Source: Syntrophales bacterium (GTDB lineage Bacteria > Desulfobacterota > Syntrophia > Syntrophales > UBA2210). Taken from it: 64,000 nucleotides of DNA. A program made the position numbers and the translations under genes. This document shows positions 61,601 through 64,000 of the stretch, in pieces. Each line of letters opens with the position of its first letter. Position 1 is the first letter of the stretch. The DNA lies in assembly GCA_963666365.2 (NCBI GenBank), contig CAXXNF010000001.1:1024001-1088000 (forward strand). Direction: 5' to 3'. Under the pieces are notes generated by a model, which was not told the DNA's origin, did not search any database, and saw nothing but the letters and a program-made list of their open reading frames with translations.

Positions 61601-64000
61601 TCACAGGTGATGCTCGGTTCTGGCAATAATGCCGTCCTGTAAAGGTTTCGGAAGTCGCGTGTAATAGGCGCTGTATCCTGCCACCTTGACAACGAGATCG
61701 CGGTAATCGTCAGGATTTTTCTGAGCCGCCCGCAGTGTTGCACCGTCTATCATATTGAACTGGACATGGAAAATCCCGTGATCCGCAAAGGCACGGATAA
61801 AATTAGTGAACCGCTGCATTCCATCCTTCAGTGTGAAGAAACGGGGATCGAACCTCAGATTAAGCGTCACTCCTGCCGTCAGCTCCGCGTTGTCGATCTT
61901 CCCCATACTTCCCAGAACCGCCGTAGGACCCTTCCTGTCGCAGCCGGCAGAGGGCGACCAGGCATCCGAAAGGGGCTGCCAGGCGGCGCGTCCCGACGGC
62001 AGCGCGCCGACAACCCAGCCGCCGAACACGTAATACTGAAGGGGGGCGCCCAGGGGAGTGGAAAACCCGCCCCTCGTGTTGGGCTGTTTCCCCACTTCTT
62101 CGGCAAAGACGTGGCTGACCCAGGCAACCTGCTCATCGGCGTAGTCATCGTCGTTTCCGAATTTGGGCGCCTCGCGGAGACGTTTCTGAAGCACTTCATT
62201 TCCCTCAAAGTTATGCTCCAGTGCCTCGCACAATTCCTTCATGGAAACAGTGCGATCCTCATAAACGAGTTTGCGTAGGGCTGTCAGCGAGTCTCCCGCA
62301 TCGGTGGAGCCGGCGCCGACGAACTGTTTGAAATTGAACAATGCTCCTCCTTCTTCGCGCGAAGTACCTTTCTCTATGCACCCATCAATCAGGCTCGATT
62401 CAAAGGGCGTGGGGAGCACATCGGCAAAGACGCGCTCGAAGATGTTCGACGCATCGGAGAAGTTCTTCGCCATGTGCGCGAGCTGTTTCCGGTAGGCGTT
62501 CTTGAACGCCTCGAATGACTCAAACGTGGCGGGATCGCCCGTTTTTGGACCGATCTGCTTCTTGTAATAGCGGCTGTACCCGTTGGTAAGCACCAGCTCC
62601 ATCACTGCGGCCATATTGAAAAATCCGCTGAACATGTATCCCGAATCCTGCCCGGGGATGACCGGTTCGTAACAGCCGACGGGCGTCGCCTTGCGGGCCA
62701 GCGGCAGGGTGATGCAGGGACCGCCCCTGGTTCCCCGGGCCAGCATCATTGTGGTAAGCGTGTCGGCATTCAGGTAGACGGGATGGCCGGAACCGAGCGA
62801 CGACAGTTCCGCGGCCCGAATCAGCAGGCGTTCCGGCGTGCGCCTGTGGACCAGTATGCTGAAAAAGGGTTCCACAAGCCGTATGCGCTTCATGCTCTCA
62901 ATCAGCATATAGGATATCTCGTTGGCGCCGTCACGACCGTCGGGCCGGTAGCCGCCCACGGATATGTGACTGCCGCTGTTGACGTGACTCAATTTGATAA
63001 AATAGCAGTCGAACAATTCCTGCGCCTCTTCCACAGTCAGTGCTCCTGAATCGATGTCCCTTCTGTAATAGTTGTAAAGGTACTGATCGATTCTGCCCGG
63101 TGTCTGGGACATGATGCGCGGCGATTCCCAGTTGAGAATGACCTGCGTCAAGAAGATGGATTGCAGGGCTTCATGCAGATTCCTCGCGGGCTGGGCGGGA
63201 ACCCGTTCGCAGATTTCCGATATTTTAAGCAGATCCTCTCTTCTTTCGTCATCCTGCTCCGATACGGCGAGAGTTCGCGCTGACTTCGCAAACCTCCCTC
63301 CCACCTCCGCAGCAGCCTCAAGCGCCAGCAGCACCGCGTCTAAAAACCGGGCTTCATGTTTGCGGTCCGAGGGCAGTGACGCACGCCTTTCCTCGGCTTC
63401 TTTTCGGATTCCCAGAAACCCCTTTTCCAGCACTTTTTCATAGTTGGCGGAATTATGCCCGTAATGCCCCCCCTTTATAAAGGGCGTATAGATCATGGAG
63501 CGCTTTGGAGGAAACACCCCATCATCAACAAGGAGCAGCGCTTTTAAATAATCGGGAAGCGCCTTTAGATTGCTGCCCAGCTGTGTCCGCGCCCAATCGC
63601 CTTCCCCTTTCCAGTAGGGGGCAATCTCTTCTTTCAACACTCTCTGATCCTCGGGATCAAAATCCTTCAATGAATATTCCAGGGTGTCGCGGACCGGCGC
63701 CATCCTTTTGCCCGCCAGCAGGACCGGGATATCATCGGGGATGACATCGAGGCAGAGAGGCCTGATGCCGGCATGGCCGACAATCAGTTCATCCGGGAGA
63801 ATCACTGCAGGCGTTTCTCGCGCAAGGGCGGCAAACACCTTCGCCCTCCGCATCATCATGGGCTCACCCTCGGTTTCCCTCATCACCCTTGTCTCGATCC
63901 GCAGGCGGTTGATTGAAGCCGAGTTGTACTCAAGTTTCAGATGGCCTTCCCGCAATCTGTCCACGCGCCGTCGCGCAGGAACGTCGCTCAGCGCTTTCGG
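61601..64000 (-). CDS. Glycyl-radical enzyme (PFL superfamily), 5' end probably beyond the window
   Basis: DELIVG, GRIDQYL, VGCYEP Cys loop, PKFGNDD, HVQFN, LVVKVAGYS Gly loop; frame stays open to position 64000. Confidence 0.93.
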   Translation of the reverse strand, partial: PKALSDVPARRRVDRLREGHLKLEYNSASINRLRIETRVMRETEGEPMMMRRAKVFAALARETPAVILPDELIVGHAGIRPLCLDVIPDDIPVLLAGKRMAPVRDTLEYSLKDFDPEDQRVLKEEIAPYWKGEGDWARTQLGSNLKALPDYLKALLLVDDGVFPPKRSMIYTPFIKGGHYGHNSANYEKVLEKGFLGIRKEAEERRASLPSDRKHEARFLDAVLLALEAAAEVGGRFAKSARTLAVSEQDDERREDLLKISEICERVPAQPARNLHEALQSIFLTQVILNWESPRIMSQTPGRIDQYLYNYYRRDIDSGALTVEEAQELFDCYFIKLSHVNSGSHISVGGYRPDGRDGANEISYMLIESMKRIRLVEPFFSILVHRRTPERLLIRAAELSSLGSGHPVYLNADTLTTMMLARGTRGGPCITLPLARKATPVGCYEPVIPGQDSGYMFSGFFNMAAVMELVLTNGYSRYYKKQIGPKTGDPATFESFEAFKNAYRKQLAHMAKNFSDASNIFERVFADVLPTPFESSLIDGCIEKGTSREEGGALFNFKQFVGAGSTDAGDSLTALRKLVYEDRTVSMKELCEALEHNFEGNEVLQKRLREAPKFGNDDDYADEQVAWVSHVFAEEVGKQPNTRGGFSTPLGAPLQYYVFGGWVVGALPSGRAAWQPLSDAWSPSAGCDRKGPTAVLGSMGKIDNAELTAGVTLNLRFDPRFFTLKDGMQRFTNFIRAFADHGIFHVQFNMIDGATLRAAQKNPDDYRDLVVKVAGYSAYYTRLPKPLQDGIIARTEHHL

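Overview
The window looks like chromosomal DNA from an anaerobic deltaproteobacterium (Desulfobacterota, Syntrophales-like; inferred from gene content only). It is mostly housekeeping genes: acs, an outer-membrane beta-barrel, hflX, a four-subunit 2-oxoacid:ferredoxin oxidoreductase, waaA, rpe, a glycosyl-/methyltransferase surface-polysaccharide cluster, Na/Pi symporter, groES-groEL, ileS-lspA, squalene synthase, a ZraP/ZraS/ZraR-like sigma54 two-component operon, cls, ftsH, nifU-nifS-cysE-cysK, a DEAD-box helicase, two PPIases and a glycyl-radical enzyme cut by the window end. No rRNA, tRNA, CRISPR array or intact transposase was seen. The most interesting signals are non-coding. (1) A candidate ~215-nt sigma54-dependent sRNA (about 31425 to 31210, minus strand) is divergent from the Zra-like operon. 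It has a -24/-12 promoter, enhancer-like palindromes, a terminator and an anti-SD loop, and its 5' part is complementary to the 5'UTR/RBS of the porin gene 29 kb away. (2) A complete Leu-rich leader-peptide attenuator precedes the 2-oxoacid oxidoreductase operon. (3) hflX appears to need a non-canonical ATA/ATT start. (4) There are dispersed CGCAGAG palindromic repeats and a 444-bp MITE-like element. (5) Two small genes are missing from the ORF track: ribosomal protein Thx and a SEC-C protein. All product calls come from motif recognition by eye, not database searches.
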